Source of the DNA: Gemmatimonadota bacterium
GTDB lineage: Bacteria > Gemmatimonadota > Gemmatimonadetes > Gemmatimonadales > GWC2-71-9
Assembly (NCBI GenBank): GCA_039591655.1
Contig: JBDHDE010000025.1
Coordinates: forward strand, 1 to 37,270
DNA: 37,270 bases
Reading direction: 5' to 3'
The translations under genes were made by a program, and so were the position numbers. Position 1 is the first letter of the stretch, and each line of letters starts with the position of its first letter. The notes beneath the pieces were generated by a model that saw nothing but the letters and a program-made list of their open reading frames with translations, was not told the DNA's origin and made no database searches. Of this stretch, positions 1 to 7,894 are shown piece by piece.

Positions 1-126
1 GAACCTCGTGATCGTCATCCAGGCCGCGTAGCCGGCGTTGACGACGATCAAGAGGAACGCCACGACGTGGTACATCGGCACGATGCGCCGGTGATTGGCG
101 AAGTTCTGGGGCTTTGGCTGGGACAT
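1..126 (-). CDS. Partial small membrane protein, DUF6526-like (N-terminus only; runs off the left edge)
   Basis: Not in the ORF track. The reverse strand reads ATG(126) MSQPKPQNFANHRRIVPMYHVVAFLLIVVNAGYAAWMTITRF..., with a strong GGAGGAG RBS at 140-134. 'QNFANH..VP.YH' followed by a hydrophobic helix resembles DUF6526 N-termini (from recall). Confidence 0.75.
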   Translation of the reverse strand, partial: MSQPKPQNFANHRRIVPMYHVVAFLLIVVNAGYAAWMTITRF

Positions 127-235
127 ACGGGTGCTCCTCCAGGAAATGTTCTATTCTGCTATCAGGTGGACGGCAACAAGACGGCCTTCACCCTCGGGGA
201 TCAACCTCCATCTGGTACGGACGGTTCCAGCGGCG

Positions 236-3154
236 CTAGGAGCCCGTTCCTTCTCCCACCAGGCGCGCTAGTTCGGCGCGCACCTGCTGGACTTCCGGCA
301 AGAACGACTCTTCCGGGTCGGACATCAGCGTGAGGTAGTGCTCGTAGGCGCGAATGGCGGCATCGCGCTCGCCCAGCAGGGCGGCGAGCCGGCCTTCTTC
401 TCGCAGGTAGGTCGCCAGATACGTCCCCGAATACACCCCCCGTCGTCTCACGGCAGCCAGTGCTGCCTCTCGGTCACCGCGATCCTCGTACAAGCGCGCG
501 GCGGTCAGCGCGCCAACCGCAATGACGTGCCAGGGGGACCCGAGTCCCGCCTGCACCAGCGAGTCGAGCCGAGCCAACGCCTCGTCCGCGTCCCGCCGGT
601 CCGCCGCGACCGCTGCCACGGCATCGAGCGTCGCCACACACATCAGGCCAACATCGTAACTCGCTCCCCGAGCGGACGGCCAGCGTAGGAGGCGGTTGCG
701 GGAAATCGCTTGTGCAACCGTCTCATAGCGCCCGTGCGCGGCACGCCACAGCGCCGTAGTGCACGCCGCCCCCGTCACATCCGGCTGGTCCGGTCTCTCC
801 CCCCTCGAAAGCGACTCGAGCTCCCGGACAGCATCCGCGGCCGCAGCGCTGTCACCTCCCGCGTAGATGGCGTCCCACACAGGCAGTATCAGATGTGCCG
901 GTGCGGTCAGGCTGAGCTCGCCGATGGCCGCCGTCACCCGTAGTGCTTCCCTCGGCCGACCTCGGGCCAGCATGAAGTCGTGAACCCGCAGGAGTGTGAT
1001 TAACCGCCGCGAGGGATTGTCAGGCCGGCGCTCCAGCACCTCCGCCACCCTGTCGCCGTCCTCCAACGCGAGGCCCGCCTCGACCGCCGTCCCCATGATG
1101 CCCTGCAATGCGGGTATGGCCAAGTCGGTGAAGCGGGCGCGCACCTCCGCCCGTCCTGCGCTGTCACCCAGGACCACAGCTGCAAGCCAACGTACCATGT
1201 CGGTCATGGTACCGGCCGGATCAAGGCGCAAGAAGCGGGTGGCGAGTTGCCGCGCCTGGGCGGTGTCTCCAGTAGCCGCCGCGATATCGAACAAGTGGAG
1301 CAGGGGCGCGGCGAAGCTGGAGTCGAGCTCTACGGCCTTGCTGAAATACTCGGCCGCCCGGTCGTGGGGCGCATCGAAGCCGATGACCCGACCATAGTGG
1401 TAGTACCCCTCGCCACCCCAGTACCACGCATCGGGACGGTCCGGCGCCACCTCCAGCCAGCGCTCGAGGTTGCGAAACCGATCGGCCATGTCCGACGGCT
1501 CCGGGTAGTGCGACCCCGCAAACCACTCGGCCTGTGTCCGATCGCGCAGGCTCAATCGGTCGCGGTGCCGCCACGCGATCGCGACGCCTAGCGAGTCGAA
1601 CCCGCCGACGGTCCATTGCTTGGCCGACACCAGGCCCAGCGCTGCAAGAGCGAAGGTCGAGTCGATCTCCAATGCCCGCGTGAAGCGCTCCGCCGACTCT
1701 TCGAACTGCCCGCGACGGTATGCTGCCTGACCGTCGAGGTACGCCTTGAGTGCGTCAAGCGAGGTGCTAGTGAGCGCCGCCAGGCGCTGCTCCGCCTCCC
1801 CGGCCTGCCGAGCTAGCAGTTCGGCAGTCAGATCGTCCACCAGCGAGTGGATGCTGTCCGGGTGGCCCTCGACCCGCGCCTGGGCCACGGGTCGGCCGTT
1901 GGGGACCGCTGTGACGGTGGCCTCGAGCACCATCCGGTCAGGGGTCCCCACGACGCTGCCGAGCAGGAGCCGCCCCGCGCCCAAGGATTGCACCGCCTCG
2001 ATCGCCTCTTCCGCTGACACGTCGCTCGACGCCGAGCCCCCGGCGCGACGCCAGGCGCTCACCACGGTCCGCTGATCCACCGCCCGCGGCCCGCCTTCAC
2101 CAGTGAGCTTGGCCGCCAGGAGATCCACCATCCCCTCCCGGAGGTACTCCAGGCCCGGTCCCGTGACCCTGAACGGCATCACCGCCACCAGTTGCGGATC
2201 GGTCTGCTGGTCGCCGCGCGGCCACAGTGCCACGACTGCAATCGCCGCCAGCACTGCCGCGGCGGCGACCCCCAGGAGCCGGAACGGCGACCGCCTCGCC
2301 ACGGCGCGCGGCCCGGCCGCAGGCTCCACCTTGAGCGCCTCGCGGAACTGGGAAGCCGTGGTAGGTCGGTCCGCCGGCGCCTTCGCCATGGCCTTTGCCA
2401 GCGCGGCGGCGATGGCCGGCGACACGGCAGGCCGTACGGTGGTCACCTCGGGAGCCGGCGCCCCGAGGTGCTGGCTCACGATGCTCTCGGCCGTTGGACC
2501 CGTGAACGGCGGCTGTCCCGCCAACATCTCGTACACCACGCAGCCAAGCGAATAGACGTCACTCCGCTGGTCCAGGTCCCGATCGCCGGCGGCTTGCTCC
2601 GGACTCATATAGGTGGGCGTTCCGATGGCGATACCGGTCTCGGTGAGGCGTTCGCCACCGGCCTCTGAGATCGCCCGCGCGATACCGAAGTCAGTGATCA
2701 CAGCGGTCTCACCCGAGAGCAGAATATTCTCAGGCTTGATGTCCCGGTGGACCACATCGTGGCTGTGGGCGTAGCTCAGGCCTGTGGCCACCTCCCGGGC
2801 AATCTGCAGCGCTTCGTCAACCGGCAACTGCTTCTCCCGTCCCAGCCGGTCCCGCAGAGATTCTCCTTCTACATAGGGCATCACGTAGTACAACAACCCG
2901 TCGGCTTCGCCGGAGTCATGCAGCGGCAAGATGTGGGGGTTGTTGAGCCGGGCGGCGATGCGGATCTCATGTAGGTAGCGCTCCGTCCCCAGGGCCGCCG
3001 AGAGCTCCGGGCGCAGCACCTTGATCGCCACCTCGCGGTCGTGCTTGAGATCACGAGCGAGAAAGACGATAGCCATACCGCCGCTGCCTAGCTCCCGCTC
3101 CAGGGCGTAGCGGCCGGCGAGGGATACGCTGAGACGATTGAGGAGCTGGGACAA
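236..3154 (-). CDS. Membrane-anchored Hanks-type Ser/Thr kinase with an extracytoplasmic TolB_N-like domain and TPR repeats
   Basis: Kinase motifs: GSGGMA Gly-loop, VAIK, HRDIKPEN, DFG, GTPTYMSPEQ, DVYSLG. TM segment LLGVAAAAVLAAIAVVALW after RR, then 'VAVMPF' TolB_N-like start and TPR-like helices. Start re-called to TTG 3154 (GGGAG about 7 nt upstream; aligns with paralog N-termini). The ORF track start is 3199. Confidence 0.92.
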   Translation of the reverse strand: MSQLLNRLSVSLAGRYALERELGSGGMAIVFLARDLKHDREVAIKVLRPELSAALGTERYLHEIRIAARLNNPHILPLHDSGEADGLLYYVMPYVEGESLRDRLGREKQLPVDEALQIAREVATGLSYAHSHDVVHRDIKPENILLSGETAVITDFGIARAISEAGGERLTETGIAIGTPTYMSPEQAAGDRDLDQRSDVYSLGCVVYEMLAGQPPFTGPTAESIVSQHLGAPAPEVTTVRPAVSPAIAAALAKAMAKAPADRPTTASQFREALKVEPAAGPRAVARRSPFRLLGVAAAAVLAAIAVVALWPRGDQQTDPQLVAVMPFRVTGPGLEYLREGMVDLLAAKLTGEGGPRAVDQRTVVSAWRRAGGSASSDVSAEEAIEAVQSLGAGRLLLGSVVGTPDRMVLEATVTAVPNGRPVAQARVEGHPDSIHSLVDDLTAELLARQAGEAEQRLAALTSTSLDALKAYLDGQAAYRRGQFEESAERFTRALEIDSTFALAALGLVSAKQWTVGGFDSLGVAIAWRHRDRLSLRDRTQAEWFAGSHYPEPSDMADRFRNLERWLEVAPDRPDAWYWGGEGYYHYGRVIGFDAPHDRAAEYFSKAVELDSSFAAPLLHLFDIAAATGDTAQARQLATRFLRLDPAGTMTDMVRWLAAVVLGDSAGRAEVRARFTDLAIPALQGIMGTAVEAGLALEDGDRVAEVLERRPDNPSRRLITLLRVHDFMLARGRPREALRVTAAIGELSLTAPAHLILPVWDAIYAGGDSAAAADAVRELESLSRGERPDQPDVTGAACTTALWRAAHGRYETVAQAISRNRLLRWPSARGASYDVGLMCVATLDAVAAVAADRRDADEALARLDSLVQAGLGSPWHVIAVGALTAARLYEDRGDREAALAAVRRRGVYSGTYLATYLREEGRLAALLGERDAAIRAYEHYLTLMSDPEESFLPEVQQVRAELARLVGEGTGS

Positions 3155-3301
3155 GCAGCGGCTCCCGAGTGGCAGGGACCTCTCAACGATACGCCTCACC
3201 CCGAGCGAGGGCCAGCGGGGCAGTCGCCATTGCCGGTCAAGCCAGATGCTAAGCCTAAGTCGGGTCGGTCCCGACAGATATTCGTCGCCGAACCACGAAC
3301 C

Positions 3302-3327
3302 GGAACTCCGCTTGCCGCCCCGCAGTT
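3302..3327 (+). promoter_or_regulatory. Candidate ECF-sigma promoter (GGAAC-N18-GTT)
   Basis: GGAAC at 3302-3306, an 18-nt spacer, then GTT at 3325-3327, about 40 nt upstream of AGGAGG-ATG 3368. Matches SigR/SigH-type spacing, but the motif is short. Confidence 0.3.
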
Positions 3328-3367
3328 ACCGTGAGAAGCGACGGCCGTCAGGCCACCAGGAGGAAGC

Positions 3368-4606
3368 ATGCGCTCAAAGATCGGACGGTTCGACCGATCG
3401 TTCGTGATTCGGATGATCCGGGATTTCCTCATCGCTCTGACGATCATCATCGTCCTGGAGCTGGGAGGGCGGTTCGTCCTGGCCTCGTATCACTTCCAGC
3501 ACCAAGAGAAGGAGGCTACGGAGCTGGCGGCCGAGCGCCTTGCATCGGACGTGCGCGACATCATGCTCAACCAAGGGGGACCGGTCGCGGCGCGAACCGT
3601 TTACCCCATCATCCGGCGCAACCACGAGGAGCTAGGGCTCGAGATCACCATCGTTCCCTCGGAACTAACCATCGAGGCGATCCGCCAGTCCTTCGGGAGG
3701 GAACCGGAGGGGCTCCAGCCCGAGTGGTCCGAGGGCCGGCACCACGAGGCGAAGGTCGAGCTGCAAGCCGAACCCTTCTGCACCACCTGCCACTTCACCG
3801 CCCAACCGGGTGACGTCCTCGGGCATGTTACGGTGCGCAACTACCAGGCTGCCCACTTGGCCGACTGGTGGGCCGAGGCCCGCGTGGTCTCGGTGGTGGG
3901 AATGGCGAACGTCATCCTCCACACCATCGTGTTGTTCCTGCTCCTGCGGCTGCGCATGGAGCCACTGCTCCGACTGCGCTCCATGGTGGCGCGCCTCGCC
4001 AAGGGCCGGCTGGACCTGTCACAACGCGCCGAGGTCAAGTCGGACGACGAGTTCGGGGAGCTGGCCCTCGATTTCAACCACTTCCTCGATCGGGTCTGTC
4101 ATCTGGTGGAGGACTTGGACGGAGTGCTCAATCGGGTCGTGGCGGTGAACGACCGCCTCGCGAGGGTGAGCGAGCAGATGGGCCGGCAGATCGAGACTGT
4201 GCAGGATCGCACACAAGCGGCTCTCAAGCAGGCCGTCGAGATCCAACACGGGGCCAGCGGGCCGTCTGCGGAGGCGATCGAGTCGCTGGATCTCGTCCTC
4301 ACCGCCCTGTCGGAGCACGGCCGGGACGGCCCGCTCTCACCAGCCTTGCGCCGGCGGCTGCAGGAGGCGCTCCAGCGGTTCCGGGAGTCAGCGGGCAACA
4401 CCAAGGAGGCGCTCTCCCGCCTGGAGGACCTGAGTCAGATGCTCACCGACCTGGCCCGGGGCGTCCAGGATGACTCCCACTACCTAGGCGAAATCCTGCT
4501 GCTCGAGGAGCGGATGCGGGTGGTCTCGGAGACCGGCCAGGTGCTGCTCGACCGGCTGCGGGAGACCGGGGCATGGGAGGTGCCGGACACCGAGGCCGCG
4601 AAGTAG
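3368..4606 (+). CDS. Membrane receptor: TM - periplasmic c-type heme domain (DUF3365/Tll0287-like) - TM - HAMP - coiled coil (MCP-like, no signalling tip)
   Basis: AGGAGG RBS. TM1 FLIALTIIIVLELGG; periplasmic EPFCTTCHFTAQPGDVLG (CxxCH); TM2 VVSVVGMANVILHTIVLFLLL; HAMP EPLLRLRSMVARLAKG..DEFGELALDFNHFL; heptad-rich C-terminus. Confidence 0.85.
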   Translation: MRSKIGRFDRSFVIRMIRDFLIALTIIIVLELGGRFVLASYHFQHQEKEATELAAERLASDVRDIMLNQGGPVAARTVYPIIRRNHEELGLEITIVPSELTIEAIRQSFGREPEGLQPEWSEGRHHEAKVELQAEPFCTTCHFTAQPGDVLGHVTVRNYQAAHLADWWAEARVVSVVGMANVILHTIVLFLLLRLRMEPLLRLRSMVARLAKGRLDLSQRAEVKSDDEFGELALDFNHFLDRVCHLVEDLDGVLNRVVAVNDRLARVSEQMGRQIETVQDRTQAALKQAVEIQHGASGPSAEAIESLDLVLTALSEHGRDGPLSPALRRRLQEALQRFRESAGNTKEALSRLEDLSQMLTDLARGVQDDSHYLGEILLLEERMRVVSETGQVLLDRLRETGAWEVPDTEAAK

Positions 4607-4675
4607 GCCCTTCCGACGACTCCACCCCCGGCGTATTGTCTCACGGCTCGCCACTGGGTCGGGGGATAGGGATCG

Positions 4676-6028
4676 ATGCTGCATCTCCTCACATTCGCCT
4701 TCGGCGCCGGGCTGTTCGCTATGCTGGTGTGGACGGCGATCGCCTCCTGGCTGGAGCACGAGCACCGGGCGGCGGGCCGCGCGGCAGGGCTCGCCCTCGT
4801 CCTCCCCCTGCCCTACGTCGCGGCCGGCCTACTCCCGAGTCCCTACCGAGCACCGACCGAGCTGGCGTTGTTGGGTGCCACGGCGGCCGCCCTCATCATC
4901 CTGTTCTTCCCGTTCTGGCGGCGGCGCCTCGAGGACGACACGCCAACCACGCGCATCGACGAGCGGGACATCATGTTCTCCCGGCGGCAGTTGCAGCCTG
5001 GTACCGAGCGGTACGAGGCCTACTACCGCGCACGCCCCGAGAACAGGGGTCCCGACGACGAGTTCCGGGCGCTCCCGGGACTGCTGGCGAAGGGCGCCGC
5101 GTGTTACTCGCCGTACTCCTTCTCGGCGGCGAACGCGAGCTTCGAAACGATCATGCAGCTGCGGCCATACGTCGACGGCGAGCCCGCAGCCGAGACCGTC
5201 GTTTCCGATCCGGCGGCCATCACGCGGTTCATCGAGCGTTGGGCCGTGAAGCTCGGTGCCGTCTCCGTAGGGGTGACCCGGCTCGAGGACTACCACCTCT
5301 ACACGGTCGTCGGCCGGGGTCCCCAATACGGCGAGCCCGTGGTACTGGAGCACGAGTTCGCCGTTGCCTTCACCGTCGAGATGGATCGAGGGATGGTATC
5401 TCCGGCTCCCCTTGGCGCCACGGTCATGGAGTCGGCCCAGCAGTATGTGGCGGCCGGCGTCATCGCCGTCCAGATCGCGGAGTTCATCCGGGAGTTAGGC
5501 TACCCCGCCCGGGCGCACATCGACGGGAACTACCGGGTGGTGTGCCCCCTGGTGGCCCGGGATGCCGGCTTGGGCGAGATCGGCAGGATGGGGCTCCTCA
5601 TGACACCGGAGCTCGGGCCGCGGGTGCGTCTCGGCGTCGTGACGACGAGCCTGCCGCTAGTTGTGGATCGCCGCCACCCCGACCCTTCGGTGATCGACTT
5701 CTGCACCCACTGCCACAAGTGCGCCGCAGCGTGTCCCAGCAGCGCCATCTCGTTCGATGACCGAAAGGAGATCGACGGCGTGCGGCGCTGGCAGATCGAC
5801 TCGGAGGCCTGCTTCACCTACTGGTGCCGGGTGGGCACCGACTGCGCGCGCTGCATGGCTGTGTGCCCCTACTCCCACCCCGACACCCTTCTGCACAGCC
5901 TGGTGCGTCGCGGGGTGCGCTCCTTCCCCGTGTTCCGCCGGGTGGCCATCTGGGCCGACGATTTCTTGTACGGGGAGCGGCCGCCACCCCAGGAGCTGCC
6001 CGAGTGGATGCGACTGGAGCCCAGGTGA
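4676..6028 (+). CDS. rdhA: Reductive dehalogenase-family (corrinoid, 2x[4Fe-4S]) protein with three N-terminal TM helices
   Basis: AGLGEIGRMGLLMTPELGPRVRLGVVTT (RdhA-type core); Fe-S motifs CTHCHKCAAACP (CxxCxxCxxxCP) and CFTYWCRVGTDCARCMAVCP (Cx10CxxCxxxCP). Three hydrophobic segments in the first ~80 aa, then RRR. No Tat motif. Confidence 0.82.
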   Translation: MLHLLTFAFGAGLFAMLVWTAIASWLEHEHRAAGRAAGLALVLPLPYVAAGLLPSPYRAPTELALLGATAAALIILFFPFWRRRLEDDTPTTRIDERDIMFSRRQLQPGTERYEAYYRARPENRGPDDEFRALPGLLAKGAACYSPYSFSAANASFETIMQLRPYVDGEPAAETVVSDPAAITRFIERWAVKLGAVSVGVTRLEDYHLYTVVGRGPQYGEPVVLEHEFAVAFTVEMDRGMVSPAPLGATVMESAQQYVAAGVIAVQIAEFIRELGYPARAHIDGNYRVVCPLVARDAGLGEIGRMGLLMTPELGPRVRLGVVTTSLPLVVDRRHPDPSVIDFCTHCHKCAAACPSSAISFDDRKEIDGVRRWQIDSEACFTYWCRVGTDCARCMAVCPYSHPDTLLHSLVRRGVRSFPVFRRVAIWADDFLYGERPPPQELPEWMRLEPR

Positions 6029-6100
6029 AACCCCTCTGGTGCTGGAGTCGTAGAACAAAGGGCAGATAGCAGCCTCAAAACCTCGGCCGAGGTATGTCTG

Positions 6101-7219
6101 ATGGCATCCCGAGCTCGACCTTCGGGGAGCCTCATCGTGTTGCTGGCAGCGGCAGCCGTGGGCTGCAGCTCCGCCAGCGGCGGTGAGGAGACACCCGCCT
6201 ATCCCTTCCGCGTCGCTGCAGTCGAACGTGGTCCCATCCGAGTCACCATCGAAGAGACCGGGCTCGTCGAGCCCGAGCGCCAGATCGTGGTCAAGTCGCC
6301 GATCTCCGGTGTCGTGCGCCAACTGCACGTCCGGGAAGGCGACTCGGTGCGGGCCGGCCAAGTCATGGCCACAATCGTGCCGGACATCGCCCAGGCCAAC
6401 GCACTGGCGCAGCTCCGCTCCGAGATCGCCGGCGCCGAGATCTCCGTCGGCAATCTCCGTCGCGAGTACGCCCGGGCGCAGGAGCTGGAAGCCCGAGAGC
6501 TCATCTCGGAATCAGACGTGGAGAGCGCTCGGGTGGCCATGGAGCAGGCCGAGAACGACCTGCTGGCCGCCCGCGAGCGCCTGCGGCTCATGGAGGAGAG
6601 CGGAGTCCGGACGACGGGTGGTGCGCAGTCGGCCCTGATCACCGCCCCCTCAACCGGCGTGGTGATCCTGCGGGGCGTGGAGGAGGGCGAGACGGTTATG
6701 GGTGGCACCAGTGTCTTCGGCGGCGGGACGGAGTTGTTCACCATCGCCGACCTGTCCACGTTGCTGGTCAAGGCCGCCGTAAACGAGGTGGACATCGGCA
6801 AGGTGGAAGCCGGCGACACCGTGGCCATCACCGTGGATGCGTTCCCAGGCGACACCGCCGCAGGCGTCGTGCGCCTGGTCCCGCCGGCGGCCAGGCAGCA
6901 GGAGCGCATCCGGGTGTTCGACGTGGAGATAGAGGTCCGAGCAGGCCACCGGATTCTCCGCCCCGGCATGACGGCCAACGTCCAGATCGCGGGCCCGTCG
7001 CGCGACGACGTGATTCGCATCCCTGTGGAGGCTGTGTTCTTCGTCGAGGGCAGCCCGATCGTGTACCGGGTGGCCGCGGGCGACACGGACGCGACCCCTG
7101 TCACACTCGGCCTGAGTGATCTCTCATACGTCGAGATCCTGGACGGCCTCCAGGAGGGTGACTCGGTGGCCCTCGAGGATCCGCGGGAGGCGGCCCGGCG
7201 CGCCCGGGCCGGTCGCTGA
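6101..7219 (+). CDS. Periplasmic adaptor / membrane fusion protein (MacA/HlyD-like), probable lipoprotein
   Basis: Lipobox-like AAAVGC; lipoyl halves VKSPISGVVRQLHVREGDSVRAGQ and ITAPSTGVVI; alpha hairpin; VNEVDIGKV; LRPGMTANV. Confidence 0.9.
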   Translation: MASRARPSGSLIVLLAAAAVGCSSASGGEETPAYPFRVAAVERGPIRVTIEETGLVEPERQIVVKSPISGVVRQLHVREGDSVRAGQVMATIVPDIAQANALAQLRSEIAGAEISVGNLRREYARAQELEARELISESDVESARVAMEQAENDLLAARERLRLMEESGVRTTGGAQSALITAPSTGVVILRGVEEGETVMGGTSVFGGGTELFTIADLSTLLVKAAVNEVDIGKVEAGDTVAITVDAFPGDTAAGVVRLVPPAARQQERIRVFDVEIEVRAGHRILRPGMTANVQIAGPSRDDVIRIPVEAVFFVEGSPIVYRVAAGDTDATPVTLGLSDLSYVEILDGLQEGDSVALEDPREAARRARAGR

Positions 7220-7222
7220 GCC

Positions 7223-7894
7223 ATGGCACTGCTCGAAGCACGGGACATCACGAAGATCTACCGCCTCGGCCGGGTGGATGTGCCGGCGCTGCGCGGCGTC
7301 GATCTCGACGTAGAGCAGGGCGAGTATATGGCCATCATGGGGCCGTCTGGCTCGGGGAAGAGCACGCTCATGCACATCCTCGGCTGCCTCGACTCCGCCA
7401 CGGACGGCAGCTACCGACTCGGCGGAACCGACGTGGGGACGCTGCGGGGCCGGGCCCTGGCCAGGGTGCGGAATCAGAAGGTCGGCTTCGTGTTCCAGAC
7501 CTTCAACCTGATGCCACGCCTTACGGTGGAGGAGAACGTGGCGTTGCCGCTGCAGTACCGCGGGGGTTTCACGCGGCGCGAGCGGCGCCGGCGCGCCCGG
7601 GCGGTGCTCGAGCGCCTGGGCATGTCGCACCGCATCGGGCACCGACCCGAGGAGCTGTCTGGCGGCGAGCGCCAGCGCGTTGCCATCGCCCGCGCGCTCG
7701 TGGGCGAGCCGGCCATCCTCCTGGTGGACGAGCCCACCGGGAACCTCGACTCCAAGTCCGGCGCGGAGGTGCTGAAGACCTTCCGGGAAGTACACGCGGG
7801 CGGCCACACGATCGTGCTCGTCACCCACGATCCCAACGTTGCCACCGAGGCCGACCGCACCGTGCACATCGCCGACGGGCGCGTGGCCGCGTGA
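7223..7894 (+). CDS. ABC transporter ATP-binding subunit (MacB/LolD family)
   Basis: Walker A GPSGSGKST, Q-loop GFVFQTFNL, signature LSGGERQRVAIARAL, Walker B LLVDEPTGNLD, VTHD switch. Confidence 0.96.
   Translation: MALLEARDITKIYRLGRVDVPALRGVDLDVEQGEYMAIMGPSGSGKSTLMHILGCLDSATDGSYRLGGTDVGTLRGRALARVRNQKVGFVFQTFNLMPRLTVEENVALPLQYRGGFTRRERRRRARAVLERLGMSHRIGHRPEELSGGERQRVAIARALVGEPAILLVDEPTGNLDSKSGAEVLKTFREVHAGGHTIVLVTHDPNVATEADRTVHIADGRVAA

Noticed and set aside
3368..4606. Canonical methyl-accepting chemotaxis protein
   Set aside because: The conserved signalling-tip sequence is missing and no che genes are nearby.
4607..4675. Cobalamin riboswitch upstream of the corrinoid enzyme
   Set aside because: The gap is only 69 nt and has no recognisable B12-box architecture.
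4676..6028. Epoxyqueuosine reductase QueG
   Set aside because: The GEIGRMG..GPRVRL core, Cx10CxxCxxxCP motif and N-terminal TM helices fit RdhA-like proteins better. QueG is not fully excluded without a tree.
6199..7251. Long antisense or alternate-frame ORFs (also 4573-5760, 8999-10273, 11135-12538, 11818-13089, 15293-16399, 19622-20611, 35318-36376)
   Set aside because: They overlap well-supported genes, lack motifs, and are the shadow ORFs expected in high-GC DNA.
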